Shown here piece by piece: positions 1-8,100 of a DNA stretch of 64,000 bases (the stretch's first letter is position 1; the number at the start of each line of letters is the position of its first letter). Made by a program: the position numbers and the translations under genes. Under the pieces are notes generated by a model. The model had not been told where the DNA came from and searched no databases. It saw only the letters and a program-made list of their open reading frames with translations. The DNA is from a virus, in the IMG/VR virus record IMGVR_UViG_3300020477_001611, positions 37,155 through 101,154 of that record; one strand, 5' to 3'.

Positions 1-3000
1 CGTCTAAAGCAGCACCGGGTTCATCCAAGATAATAAGATTGCACTTGGGCATGTTGCTAATATTTAACAAAGCAATCCTGATGGCAACGGCGGCTAGAGT
101 TTTTTCTGCTCCAGAACCATTTTCAAGAGGCCGCGGCTCATGTTTGGGATGATGAATGAAAATATCAAGTTTGTTACCATCTTTTTCAAAATAAACTTCA
201 AAGTTTACAATATTGGCCAACACCTTTGAGATTTCTTCATTAAGAACTGGAAGTGCCTTGTTGATAATATCAAAAGCGATCCCGTTGCTGTGCATACACG
301 TTAAAAACAGATGGTGCGCTGAGTATTCTGCACTCAGCCTATCTTGCTCTGTTTTTAAATGCTGTAAGTTTTCAAGTTTTTGTTCCAAGGCGCCATGTGA
401 GCCAATCAAAGAATAGAGGCACTCATCACACTCATCAATCTTCTTTTGTCTCTCTTCGACTTCATTCTTTTTTGTTGCCAACTCTGAGTATAGTTTTTCT
501 GTATTCTCTAGAAGTTCTCTATTTTCTTCGTAGTAGCGAATCTTTTTCCATAAGTTTTGTATTAATGAAGTGCTCTTTACTAAATTGCCTGACATTCTTT
601 CATGTTGGAATTTTAAATTCATCAGTAGAGACTCTTCATCTTTTCTCTTATCAGTCAGCCTGTTAAAGTTCTCAATCCTCGACCTGATTTTAAAAAGATC
701 TAGTTTTTCTAACTCAGTGGCCTTTAATGATAGCCTCTCTTTAAGATCTTCAACAACCTTTTCAGCTATCTCCACCTGCTTCTTTGCGCTATTTGCATCT
801 TTAATAAACTTACAGGTGGTAATAAATTGATTACCACAAGGCACTTCATTTAAAATATTTGTCTGCCTATTAAAATTGCTAAGATCTTTTTCAGAGTGTC
901 CCTTCTTTTGTGTAAGTTTTACAATCTCTTTTTCTATCTCATCAGCGCGGTCAGATTCGCTATTAAGATTAACAATGCCGAGTGCGCTCAAGAGCTTTTC
1001 ACTCTTTTGTAAAAAAATCTCTTTTTCCTCGATTTGCTGAAGGGTATCTTCTATCTTCTTAACCAATTCATCTTCGCGAACTTGCTGATCAAGCAGTTGC
1101 TGCCTCACCTCTTTAATATGAATAATTTCGTCTGGCAAGTCAAAAAGGGCTGCTTCCAACTCCGTAATTTCCTGTTGAAGCGCACCCAACTCTATTTTTA
1201 AACCAGCGCACTCATTTTTCTTTTTCGCTACGTCTGCCCCCGCTTCAAAAATTTCTTCTTTGACCTTCTTCATGTCCTCGTCATAATCAATATCTTTGAT
1301 CCTTTTTAGGACCCCTCGCAGTTCTGATACCTCTTCTTTAGCTAGCTTAAATTTCTTTTCAAAGAACTCCAAGTCCAAGAACTTAGCAAGGATCTCCTTG
1401 CGCCTTGTCGAGCCTTCGTTAATAAACTGCATAGAGCCAAGCTGAGAAGACATAGATGTTAACAAAAAGTCTTCTAGCGTTCCTAACATTTTTTTAATGT
1501 TTCTATCAGTGCCGTGTCTTTCAGTAGAATTAAGGTTGTATGTCCTGTTCATAACGTTATCAGTGCATACAAATTCTACATCGGTTTTTGCCTCATTCGT
1601 AACAGCGCCTTTAAGCTTCTTAACGTATTTATTTGATTCCCTTGAAATCGTGTAAGTTTTATTACCCGCTTCAATCTCCACCACCGCAGACCCTTGATCC
1701 TTGTGCTCATTGATAATGTTGTAATTCTTTCGAATATTTTTAGAAGTATTATTATAAATTGCGTAGAGTAAACTATCAATGACGCTAGATTTACCACTAT
1801 AGTTTTTACCAAAGATTCCAACAGTTCCAGCAAGTTTAGTAAAATCCAGTTCGTTCCCTTCCCCATAATTGAAGAGATTGTCCCACTTGAAATTTTTGAT
1901 TTTCCACGAAACATTTCTAGTGGTATCCTCACTGGCCTCTGCCAAGGTGTTGTATTTTGCATTAAGAGAGTATACTTCATTTAAAGTCTCCTCATCAATA
2001 TTGTACTCCTTTAAATATTCCGCTATAAGTTTTTCTTGTACACCCTGATCACGCAAATTTTCATGAATGACAGAATCTACTTCTTTTTCGACACTAATCC
2101 GCTTTGCGGCGTGGGCGCGATTCAGGAAAGAAATAGACTCTGGTTTAAAGCGTTTCTTGGCGATATCCACGGCTTTTCTGAAGATTTCGATGCTCTGGTT
2201 GTCTGAGGAAACTAAACGCAGCCTAGCGCCTTCTGGGGGCCTTGCTGACTTGGGGATTCTTCCCTTGGGAGTCAAGTTGATCGTGAAGAAAGGTTTGGGG
2301 TTGATTAGCTGATGGAAATCGCAAGTAAAGTTTTCTTTATCCTTGATGTCCCAAAGTAAAAATCCCTTGTCTAGTGATTCTCCAAAGTTCTGTTGAATAA
2401 GAGAACCCGGGTATCTAGCTTTGCCATGATTATCCACAATCTGGTTTGTTCTGTGGATGTCTCCCAACAAGCCATAATCAAAATTCTCTAAGAAATCGAT
2501 GTCTATTTCGCCATGCTCCATAACCCAGCCAGTGTCCGTTTTTGATCCAGCAACAGCACCGTGATAAAGTGCTAAGTTGATTTTGTTCGGGTCTGATGGT
2601 GGCGCCCACTTGTCCTGATCAAGAATAGAAAGAACATTAAGCACAATGCCCCCACCAACATCCACCTCTTTTGTATATTTATGAAAGTGAATGTTGGGGT
2701 CTTCCAACGCCTCAACAAGTGGTGTAACCGCGTCAAGACGGCTGGAGTTTTTAACATTACAATCGTGATTGCCCAAAATCATATGCAATGGAGCAATCTT
2801 CGCTAGGCTGGTGAACAGCCACGAAGTTAAATTAAAATACTCTGGACTCAGATTACACTTGGTGTGTGCTGTGTCTCCTGTATTAACAATAATGTCTGGT
2901 TTAAGTTCTTCCAGCTTATCAAATAGCTGTTGAAAAACTTCTCTATATTCATAGTGATACTTATAGTTTCGCACATGAATATCGCTAATGTGCGCAATTT

Positions 3001-3004
3001 TCAT
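1..3004 (-). CDS. SbcD-SbcC (Mre11-Rad50, T4 gp47-gp46-like) nuclease-ATPase fusion; 3' end runs off the window
   Basis: Absent from the ORF track because there is no stop in the window; translated by hand from ATG at 3004. Metallophosphoesterase motifs SDIH, GD, GNHD and GDIH are followed by Walker A GKNYSGKS, a coiled coil, signature GSGAE and Walker B IILDEP. Confidence 0.9.
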   Translation of the reverse strand, partial: MKIAHISDIHVRNYKYHYEYREVFQQLFDKLEELKPDIIVNTGDTAHTKCNLSPEYFNLTSWLFTSLAKIAPLHMILGNHDCNVKNSSRLDAVTPLVEALEDPNIHFHKYTKEVDVGGGIVLNVLSILDQDKWAPPSDPNKINLALYHGAVAGSKTDTGWVMEHGEIDIDFLENFDYGLLGDIHRTNQIVDNHGKARYPGSLIQQNFGESLDKGFLLWDIKDKENFTCDFHQLINPKPFFTINLTPKGRIPKSARPPEGARLRLVSSDNQSIEIFRKAVDIAKKRFKPESISFLNRAHAAKRISVEKEVDSVIHENLRDQGVQEKLIAEYLKEYNIDEETLNEVYSLNAKYNTLAEASEDTTRNVSWKIKNFKWDNLFNYGEGNELDFTKLAGTVGIFGKNYSGKSSVIDSLLYAIYNNTSKNIRKNYNIINEHKDQGSAVVEIEAGNKTYTISRESNKYVKKLKGAVTNEAKTDVEFVCTDNVMNRTYNLNSTERHGTDRNIKKMLGTLEDFLLTSMSSQLGSMQFINEGSTRRKEILAKFLDLEFFEKKFKLAKEEVSELRGVLKRIKDIDYDEDMKKVKEEIFEAGADVAKKKNECAGLKIELGALQQEITELEAALFDLPDEIIHIKEVRQQLLDQQVREDELVKKIEDTLQQIEEKEIFLQKSEKLLSALGIVNLNSESDRADEIEKEIVKLTQKKGHSEKDLSNFNRQTNILNEVPCGNQFITTCKFIKDANSAKKQVEIAEKVVEDLKERLSLKATELEKLDLFKIRSRIENFNRLTDKRKDEESLLMNLKFQHERMSGNLVKSTSLIQNLWKKIRYYEENRELLENTEKLYSELATKKNEVEERQKKIDECDECLYSLIGSHGALEQKLENLQHLKTEQDRLSAEYSAHHLFLTCMHSNGIAFDIINKALPVLNEEISKVLANIVNFEVYFEKDGNKLDIFIHHPKHEPRPLENGSGAEKTLAAVAIRIALLNISNMPKCNLIILDEPGAALD

Positions 3005-3013
3005 ATAATAACC

Positions 3014-3955
3014 TCAAAATTTAATGCCAGCGAACAGCAAAGAAAGATCACTCGTTATAGGAGTTGCATTTTCTTTTTTAATCTGGAACTGCTCCTTGGT
3101 CATTTCGCCAACGTCTTTAAACGCGCCTACATCTATTTTAAAGACTTTTATTCCATATTTCAAGAAGTTTTTTATAATTTTCTCTTCCTTGTAAGAAACA
3201 TCGGGATCTAAAGCCAAGTATATCAAAGGCTTGTGTTCAACTATTTTTTGAAACAAATAAGACCCTTCCTTAAGAGTCGAACCCAAAAGGGGAATCGTAT
3301 TTGTCCCTCCCACGATGGCATCAAACACCCCCTCTACTATTGTAACTGGCTTAAAAAAATTAATATTTAATTCATTGAAAATGATTTCATTCTTTGCAAC
3401 GGAAGGATTCAAATATTTTTTTTGACCTTTATTATAAGAGCGGGCAATAAAATAATTTACATCGCCGTTTATATCAAACGAAGGGATAATCAAACGCCCG
3501 CTGTATTCCCCACTTGGACAGTAGCCAATTTTCCACCTAACTATATCTTTTGTGTAGACGCGACGTTTCTTAAGATAGGAGATTGGCCCCAACGAAGAAA
3601 GGGGAAGGTCTGTGTCCGTAAGAGAGACAAACTCTTTAGGCAGGTTCAACGTTGGCCTACGAATTGAACCCCCCTTTTTGAAAAGCTCATTTAATTTACT
3701 TTCTATATCAGAAAAGTCAACTATGTTATTTAATCTTTTCCATGCGTCAAGATGTTCAATCGTGCCAAATCGCTTAATTAAGTATATTATTTTACTTCCT
3801 GATTTATCACACACCCAACATTTAAACTTGTTTTTTCCCAAATTAACTGAGAGTTTCTTTTTTGGGTGGCCACAGTAACCACAATTAAACAAGACCTCAT
3901 CGCCCGAACGATAATAAGACCCTAAAACTTCTTTTAATAATTTTAATTTTTCCAC
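3014..3955 (-). CDS. Phage DNA primase (zinc finger + TOPRIM)
   Basis: N-terminal CGYC...CWVC, GRLIIP, TOPRIM motifs IVEGVFDAI and LDPD; GTG start. Confidence 0.88.
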   Translation of the reverse strand: MEKLKLLKEVLGSYYRSGDEVLFNCGYCGHPKKKLSVNLGKNKFKCWVCDKSGSKIIYLIKRFGTIEHLDAWKRLNNIVDFSDIESKLNELFKKGGSIRRPTLNLPKEFVSLTDTDLPLSSLGPISYLKKRRVYTKDIVRWKIGYCPSGEYSGRLIIPSFDINGDVNYFIARSYNKGQKKYLNPSVAKNEIIFNELNINFFKPVTIVEGVFDAIVGGTNTIPLLGSTLKEGSYLFQKIVEHKPLIYLALDPDVSYKEEKIIKNFLKYGIKVFKIDVGAFKDVGEMTKEQFQIKKENATPITSDLSLLFAGIKF

Positions 3956-3962
3956 AGAACCT

Positions 3963-3990
3963 ATTATACACTATTCTGTTGTTTTGTCAA
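3963..3990 (-). promoter_or_regulatory. Sigma70-type promoter upstream of primase and sbcDC
   Basis: Minus strand reads TTGACA (3990-3985), 16-nt spacer, TATAAT (3968-3963), ending 7 nt before the primase GTG. Confidence 0.75.
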
Positions 3991-4488
3991 GTGTGCATAA
4001 AGCGCCAACACCATGCTGTCTGCCCTATCATAGCTTCCCGGTTTTGGGTTCCCCGCCTTGGTCAGTTCGTATTTAAAGTCGGGGATTGTTTTCTCTACAT
4101 GCTCCAGAACAACCTCTTTTGCCTTTTGTCCTCGTTTAACCTTTATACCAACGCTTTTTCTTGCCGTCGTCGCGGAAACATATTCTGGCTCTATGCCCGT
4201 CAAGCGGTAACACATCCAACTAACAACACCATTAAATTTTGATAGAGTTGTTAGTGTCTTTGCTGATGAAAAACCGGGACGGAACATCTGCAATGATTGC
4301 TCTATCACTATTTTTGTAATGGGGAATTTTATTTTTGTGTCAAGGAGTCGCGTGCGAATAAAAGCCGCCTTTTCAAAAAAGTTTTTATATTTACGAGTAT
4401 CCCAAGCCTCGCACATTAAAACATTACCTTTCTTGTCAATCACTGTTGCGCCGGTAATGCTGGTTGAAATATCTAGTCCAAGTATCAT
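3964..4488 (-). CDS. RuvC-like Holliday junction resolvase
   Basis: RNase H-fold acidic pattern ILGLDIS...IVIEQ...DRADS; 174 aa. Confidence 0.75.
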   Translation of the reverse strand: MILGLDISTSITGATVIDKKGNVLMCEAWDTRKYKNFFEKAAFIRTRLLDTKIKFPITKIVIEQSLQMFRPGFSSAKTLTTLSKFNGVVSWMCYRLTGIEPEYVSATTARKSVGIKVKRGQKAKEVVLEHVEKTIPDFKYELTKAGNPKPGSYDRADSMVLALYAHLTKQQNSV

Positions 4489-4500
4489 ATTATAATGATA

Positions 4501-5964
4501 TTATAAATCTATCTTTAATTTAAATGTATAATCTTGGGCATTCGTTTTTTTGATAGGAGTGGCCAATTTTGCTATCCCGACAAGATTGTGTTCATCATCG
4601 TATACATTTATTTTAGAGATGTATGTTTGATCTTGATAGGAGGATGAGTAATTTGCAAAATTACCCGACACTGTATTTGCCAAGGAAACTTTGTTGTCTT
4701 CTATATAAGCTACCGAACTAGTTTGCTTGACGAAGGTCTTCTGGTAGTCACTCCCTGATACGAGCCCTGAGCGTTGAATAAACGTTGGATTGTTAGACCA
4801 ATTTAATTCGTTTTTGTTCGCATGGGCAAACATTGTTAAAGTGTTGATGGGGTTGGTACCTTGAAAAGAAAGCGTATATGAAGAACTAACGGCTGAAAAG
4901 CTTTGAGAAATCTCTGAATCTGTTTTTTTAATATAAGAATCATATGCTCCAAAATGGACCCATCGAGGATTATCTTTAAAGCCAGCCCTTAATGTGGTGG
5001 GATTCGGAGTTTCTATGGGACAAAGATATCCATCACTTACCTCATCGCTTAAACTGTAATTGCCTGTTACTAGCAGCATTCCTTCATTGTACATAACAAC
5101 GCCAATTGTACTAGAGTCGGAAGGCCCGTAAGTTTCTATTAACTCACCATTCTGGCGGCTATCTTTGGCGGTTGCTATAAGGGTGCCGGTAACATAGAAA
5201 TTTAACTCAACGCTTCCGGGCTTTATTTTTGTGCCTCGATAAATATAGGGAACTTGAAAAAGCGTCATATACTTTTGATAAGGCGCCGCGGCCAATTCTA
5301 TACTGCCATCTTTATCTGCATTGCTTGGATTAGCACTCGTTCCATTGATCGAATTAAAATATCTTTGTGGAAATGCAGCGTCAGCAGTGCCGGAAATATA
5401 ATATTTATTATAATCAAAAAAAGGGCTCATCGGGCGATAATAATCTATAACACTTTCTAAAGCTAACATCCTTCTAACGCTACCACTGAAAGCGAGGCCG
5501 GTTCCCCAAACAGACCCCGAGAGTTCAAAACTAGAATAGGGGGCTGATGATCCTGCGCCAACCAAAAATTCTCGCGTTATTGAAGACGACAAAGGATAGG
5601 CAAGATAAATATCGGCACCCTGACCTACTTGTGTATACCCTGACGGCTTATTAAAGTTAGATGGTAGATCTGCCGCGGCACTGATTAAATCATACTTAGA
5701 CTTGGAAGATGATGCATCTGTCACGAAAGTTATATTTTCAGGATTTTCATTTTTAGTTATAAAACCGTAAGCAAGATTATCTGCAATCAACTGTCGGTCA
5801 ACATTCAACTCATAAAGCGATATACTTCCACTGGGGACGAGATTTCCCTGACTTATTTGGTTATTGATATAAGCTTCATTCTGATAAAAGGTTACATCAT
5901 ACCTTGGATAGGTTTTAAGAGTGCTGTTAAAAAGATCATTAGGCCCGAATTTATATTTTGGCAT
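4501..5964 (-). CDS. Virion baseplate/tail structural protein; C-terminal domain paralogous to 5972..7066
   Basis: In the structural module; C-terminus NPTF...YISKINVYDDEHNLVGIAKLATPIKK. Confidence 0.6.
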   Translation of the reverse strand: MPKYKFGPNDLFNSTLKTYPRYDVTFYQNEAYINNQISQGNLVPSGSISLYELNVDRQLIADNLAYGFITKNENPENITFVTDASSSKSKYDLISAAADLPSNFNKPSGYTQVGQGADIYLAYPLSSSITREFLVGAGSSAPYSSFELSGSVWGTGLAFSGSVRRMLALESVIDYYRPMSPFFDYNKYYISGTADAAFPQRYFNSINGTSANPSNADKDGSIELAAAPYQKYMTLFQVPYIYRGTKIKPGSVELNFYVTGTLIATAKDSRQNGELIETYGPSDSSTIGVVMYNEGMLLVTGNYSLSDEVSDGYLCPIETPNPTTLRAGFKDNPRWVHFGAYDSYIKKTDSEISQSFSAVSSSYTLSFQGTNPINTLTMFAHANKNELNWSNNPTFIQRSGLVSGSDYQKTFVKQTSSVAYIEDNKVSLANTVSGNFANYSSSYQDQTYISKINVYDDEHNLVGIAKLATPIKKTNAQDYTFKLKIDL

Positions 5965-5971
5965 ATTTTCA

Positions 5972-7066
5972 TCAATAGTCTAAACGAACACGTATAGTCA
6001 CATCATTTGAAGTAGTCTTCTTGATGGGCTCACTTAATTTTGCAGTCGCGACTAACGCCCCCTGAGCATTGTACATTCCCACTGTTGTAATATAAGAAAA
6101 TGGAGGATTTTTAGGATCACTGGCTTTGACCCTAATTTGGCTCGCACTTAAATAGGTGGGGTTGCTGCTGAAATTAAATTCATTATGATTAGCTCTACAG
6201 AAATAAATTGTAGAATTCAATTCAGTTGTGTTGTTAAATTGAACGTTCTTAAGTCGATGAATCAGGCCGGCGTTCAAGACATCCATGGTACCAGTTATAA
6301 TACTGTTGTTGTAGCCGGTTACAACCCCCTCTACACTTGCTGAAATAAACTGCGATGTAGCCGTGCTTGAAACGTTGCGGCTCAAACTTTGAGAAACATC
6401 TAAAACCGCAATGCCCGCCTGATAATATAAAGTGCCAACGGCTGTTCCAGTTGCCGAGCCGACACGCAACGTAGAATATTCTCCTATTGGAGAATTAGTA
6501 TCGTTAAAACTAGATGTGGCGCCATAATCACCAATAGTGATGGTAGCCTCGCCATTGCCATCAAACGGAAGATTATAAGTTCCAGTTCCCAAAGTCAGGC
6601 GAAAAGTATCTTTTTGTATTTCATCTTTTGTTAATAATCTACTAAAATTAATAAACATGGGCGCTGTGATTTGACGCAAAGAGGTGTCATAACTGCTTGA
6701 AATGCGAAACTTATCGATTGAGCCCGTGGCGTCGTAGCCCATTAAAAGCTGCCCCATCTGGCTATAGATATTTTGCTTGTCCGTAGAGCCCGAAGAGATA
6801 GCCGCTGTGCCGGGTAAGCCGGCGACATTAGCAGAGGCTAAAAAATTAGTCTCATCAACGCCGAGTGTAACATCAAATAGGTGGTTTGCCGAAGAGCTTA
6901 AATAGGGGTAATCATAAATGGAGGTAAACAAGCCAGCACTATATGTCTTAAGATTCTCTCCGCTATAAGTGCCAGATATAACCGACCCTGTAATCGGAAT
7001 GTTCTCGTGAAGAAGAGTTTTGTTTGTAGTAACGTCATCTTTTGTTAATGGTTTTAAAGTCGTCAT
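5972..7066 (-). CDS. Virion baseplate/tail structural protein
   Basis: S/T/G-rich; C-terminus NPTY...YITTVGMYNAQGALVATAKLSEPIKK resembles the tail-collar fibre domain C-half. Confidence 0.6.
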   Translation of the reverse strand: MTTLKPLTKDDVTTNKTLLHENIPITGSVISGTYSGENLKTYSAGLFTSIYDYPYLSSSANHLFDVTLGVDETNFLASANVAGLPGTAAISSGSTDKQNIYSQMGQLLMGYDATGSIDKFRISSSYDTSLRQITAPMFINFSRLLTKDEIQKDTFRLTLGTGTYNLPFDGNGEATITIGDYGATSSFNDTNSPIGEYSTLRVGSATGTAVGTLYYQAGIAVLDVSQSLSRNVSSTATSQFISASVEGVVTGYNNSIITGTMDVLNAGLIHRLKNVQFNNTTELNSTIYFCRANHNEFNFSSNPTYLSASQIRVKASDPKNPPFSYITTVGMYNAQGALVATAKLSEPIKKTTSNDVTIRVRLDY

Positions 7067-7081
7067 ATTTTTTTTCCTACC

Positions 7082-8047
7082 TTACGAAGCTGCCCTTACG
7101 AATCTAAAGGGAATGTTAACGCTAATTCCCGTCTTATCTCCACGTACCCTAACTATAGCATCAATGGTTTTAGCGGTCGTATTTCCACTAGCCTTCTGAG
7201 TCGGGAAATAACTAGAGACATCCGTACCGATCGTGTCAAATAAATAATCGCTATTGGCAATATCAGAAGAGCCCCATAAAGAAAATTTAAGTCGTTGGCC
7301 GCGGGGTCCGGAAATTACTGAGTCTCCCTGAGATGCGTCCGGGGCAGATGTATAAAAATCAGCCGCACTTAAAACGTAAGTGGCTATATTGTTTGTATCG
7401 ATGAAAGAGGCGTCAATTGGATCTCCGTTGGGGTTAACAACCTTCCCGAGCCTATCATCAATTTCTAGAATATAGGTATCTTCAACCAGATCTGCTGGGA
7501 CGCTCGTATTCCACGATATGGCCGTTGTATCTAAGCCCTGATCTACAGCCACTGCAGTCGTGTAGGCCGTGGTGAATGAGGTGCCATCAATGAAGCCATC
7601 GGGAACAGTTTTCTGATTAGGGTCAGATGTGTCCCTATTTTCTGTATATTTCTTTACTGCGGTATCGTTAACCAACACCACAAACTGGTTAGATGTTCCA
7701 CCATTGTCAGTGGAGGTGGCATATGGCATTCCAACCATAGAGGTGGCGTTAATGCGAGCGACAGGCAAATAAAGCTGTTCATTCAGGCCCTTAAGAGTTA
7801 TTAATCTTTGCTTAATGGCCGCGGCAGCCTCGGGGATAGCCTCCAACACAGGAGTTTTTAAAATGTTCAAGTCGCGGTTTGCGCTGGACTTTGAAGTGTC
7901 ATAAAGTGAGTAGTTTATTTCGTCGTCGCCAAGAGCAAAACTAACTATTCTAAAACTTCCATCAGCCCGGGCTAACATCTTCCGGCCGACATCGGTTAGG
8001 ACAGCGTCTAAAATAATATCACCACTGTTGTCTAAAAAAGAACTCAT
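7082..8047 (-). CDS. Virion tail/baseplate structural protein
   Basis: N-terminus ILDAVLTDVGRKMLA...FALGDDE resembles the tail-collar fibre domain N-half. Confidence 0.6.
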   Translation of the reverse strand: MSSFLDNSGDIILDAVLTDVGRKMLARADGSFRIVSFALGDDEINYSLYDTSKSSANRDLNILKTPVLEAIPEAAAAIKQRLITLKGLNEQLYLPVARINATSMVGMPYATSTDNGGTSNQFVVLVNDTAVKKYTENRDTSDPNQKTVPDGFIDGTSFTTAYTTAVAVDQGLDTTAISWNTSVPADLVEDTYILEIDDRLGKVVNPNGDPIDASFIDTNNIATYVLSAADFYTSAPDASQGDSVISGPRGQRLKFSLWGSSDIANSDYLFDTIGTDVSSYFPTQKASGNTTAKTIDAIVRVRGDKTGISVNIPFRFVRAAS

Positions 8048-8076
8048 TTTTTTCCCCTTAATACGGTTATCACAAA

Positions 8077-8084
8077 TAAATAGT
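8077..8084 (-). promoter_or_regulatory. Candidate late promoter motif ACTATTTA
   Basis: In the 53-nt gap, about 30 nt upstream of the 8047 start; the same core recurs at 13803, 33022 and 62065. Confidence 0.45.
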
Positions 8085-8100
8085 CATTCAAAACTTATTT

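Noticed and set aside
4489-4505. Tandem TATAAT upstream of the RuvC-like gene as a promoter
   Set aside because: No convincing -35 element and a very AT-rich context; too weak to call.
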